Shown one piece after another: positions 18,811-20,000 of a stretch of DNA of 20,000 nt. The position numbers and the translations under genes are program-made. Location of the stretch: contig JWZX01003401.1 in assembly GCA_001275005.1 (NCBI GenBank), forward strand, positions 49,313-69,312, in the 5' to 3' direction. The notes below the pieces were generated by a model, which made no database searches, was not told where the DNA came from, and saw only the letters and a program-made list of their open reading frames with translations. Each line of letters begins with the position of its first letter. The stretch's first letter is position 1. Origin of the DNA: Chrysochromulina tobinii (lineage: Eukaryota).

Positions 18811-20000
18811 TCACTTGAGCAGCATGGGCGCTGAGAACTTAGCAACGCGCTCCACCTCCTCATGGCGCAGAAGCTGCGCGGCAGGCGTCCCTAGGATGGT
18901 CTCCCCGATGATGAGCGAAGAGCGCTCGAGCTTCTCGATTGGGTTGGCATTGCGCAGGACGACTGTGTCGATGAGCGAATCGTCGAAGCAGTGCGTCGTG
19001 CACAGCACCACGTGAAGCGACGCGCAATCAATCGGGAGAGTGCCGGAGCGCGAAAGGCCGTCGAGCAAGTCGAAGGCGGCGGCTTTCCCACTCTTCTGCT
19101 CCGCCTCACCGAGCGTGCTGTTCGTTGGTTTGGCCAGAAGCGCCTTTTGCGAGCGCTTCTGCCAGATCGGGCCCACCTTGATCGTTGTTGCGCGCAGCGC
19201 ACCATCGACATCATGTTCCTCGAAGCGCGCGTCGAGTTCCGCAGGAACTTTGGTGAAATCGACTGCACCACCTTCGGCGCCTCCGCCGGCCTCCGGCGCC
19301 AGGGGAGCCTCTTTGGGCTCAAGCTTGGCTGTGGGAAGCTTGGCTGGCGCAGACGACGTACTCTGCGGCACGGATGCTGCTGAATCACAGCTCGCTGAAT
19401 CGTAGCTCTTGAGATTCGCCCGCGGCGGAGGCGCTCCGAACCCCCCCCCGACCGGGGGGGGGATATCCCCCCCCGGCGGGGGCTCCGAAGGCTGCGGGTG
19501 CGGCGCCAAAGCAGGCAGCGCCGCCGCCAAAGGCCATCGGCGCGCTGCATGGCATGCTCATGCAGCATGGCATAGCCTGGGGGCGCGGTGGTGCGGGGGG
19601 TGGTGCACATGCCATGCGGCGCGCTACCGAGTGGCTGCGCACTACCGAGTCATCAGAGTATTCCTCCTCCGAATGGGCCACCATGTGGCGAGGGTGAGCA
19701 TATTCAAAGGCCTGCTTCTCCGCTGCCACCTCCGCCTTCTTGGCCTCGTCGATCGTCGTCTTGATCGCCGCCACGTGTGCCTTGACCGCCGTGAGCTTCT
19801 CGGCGGCCGGGGCGTTCGCGTCGCCGTCGTACGACAGCAGATCGGACGGAATCTGATAGTCAATAAAGAGTTCGAGGAGGGTCTCGGTGAGCGCGGTCTC
19901 CTTGACGAGTGAATCCGGTGGCAGTCGGAGCAGCCTCTCGAGCTGCGGCTTGAGCTGGAGGACGAGCAGCCCGAAGACAGTCCCCTCAAGCTGCATCGAA
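18811..20000 (-). CDS. 3' part of a hypothetical protein gene (5' end outside the window), apparent 1-bp frameshift at 19454-19462
   Basis: Two overlapping GC3-biased frames with globular-looking blocks (LKPQLERLL...YQIPSDLLSY; AFDLLDGLSRSG...LHVVLCTTHCFD...NPIEKLERS). They join as GGGYPPPVGGGFGAPPP if one base is removed from a homopolymer. Function not recognised. Confidence 0.7.

Noticed and set aside
186..20000. A functional gene cluster or operon linking kinase, transporter, phosphatase and channel
   Set aside because: The genes belong to unrelated pathways, and tight spacing alone is expected in a compact eukaryotic genome. I see no shared regulatory motif.

Overview
Gene-dense, GC-rich eukaryotic genomic DNA with short GT-AG spliceosomal introns. 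An algal or protist source (haptophyte-like) is my inference from gene content and composition; it is not proven. The + strand carries an N-acylated CAMK-type Ser/Thr kinase, a Spinster-like MFS transporter (1 intron) and RMND5/GID2 of the CTLH E3 ligase (1 intron). The - strand carries a METTL20-like lysine methyltransferase, a membrane-anchored purple acid phosphatase, a repeat-rich orphan ORF, a ~2,500-aa four-repeat (6TM+CNBD)x4 channel and the 3' part of an unidentified gene. Best signal: the introns of two unrelated genes (2678-2753 and 4878-4961) share a 25-nt core (21/25 identical). Each also sits inside a long direct duplication of its own AG|G insertion site (29 bp and 19 bp), offset by exactly the intron length. 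This looks like a recently mobile intron (introner-like) family that builds its splice sites from long target-site duplications. Second signal: the single-chain four-repeat CNBD channel has asymmetric filters (GLGD/GLGD/PIGD/GLGD) and a canonical ligand cassette only in repeat 3.
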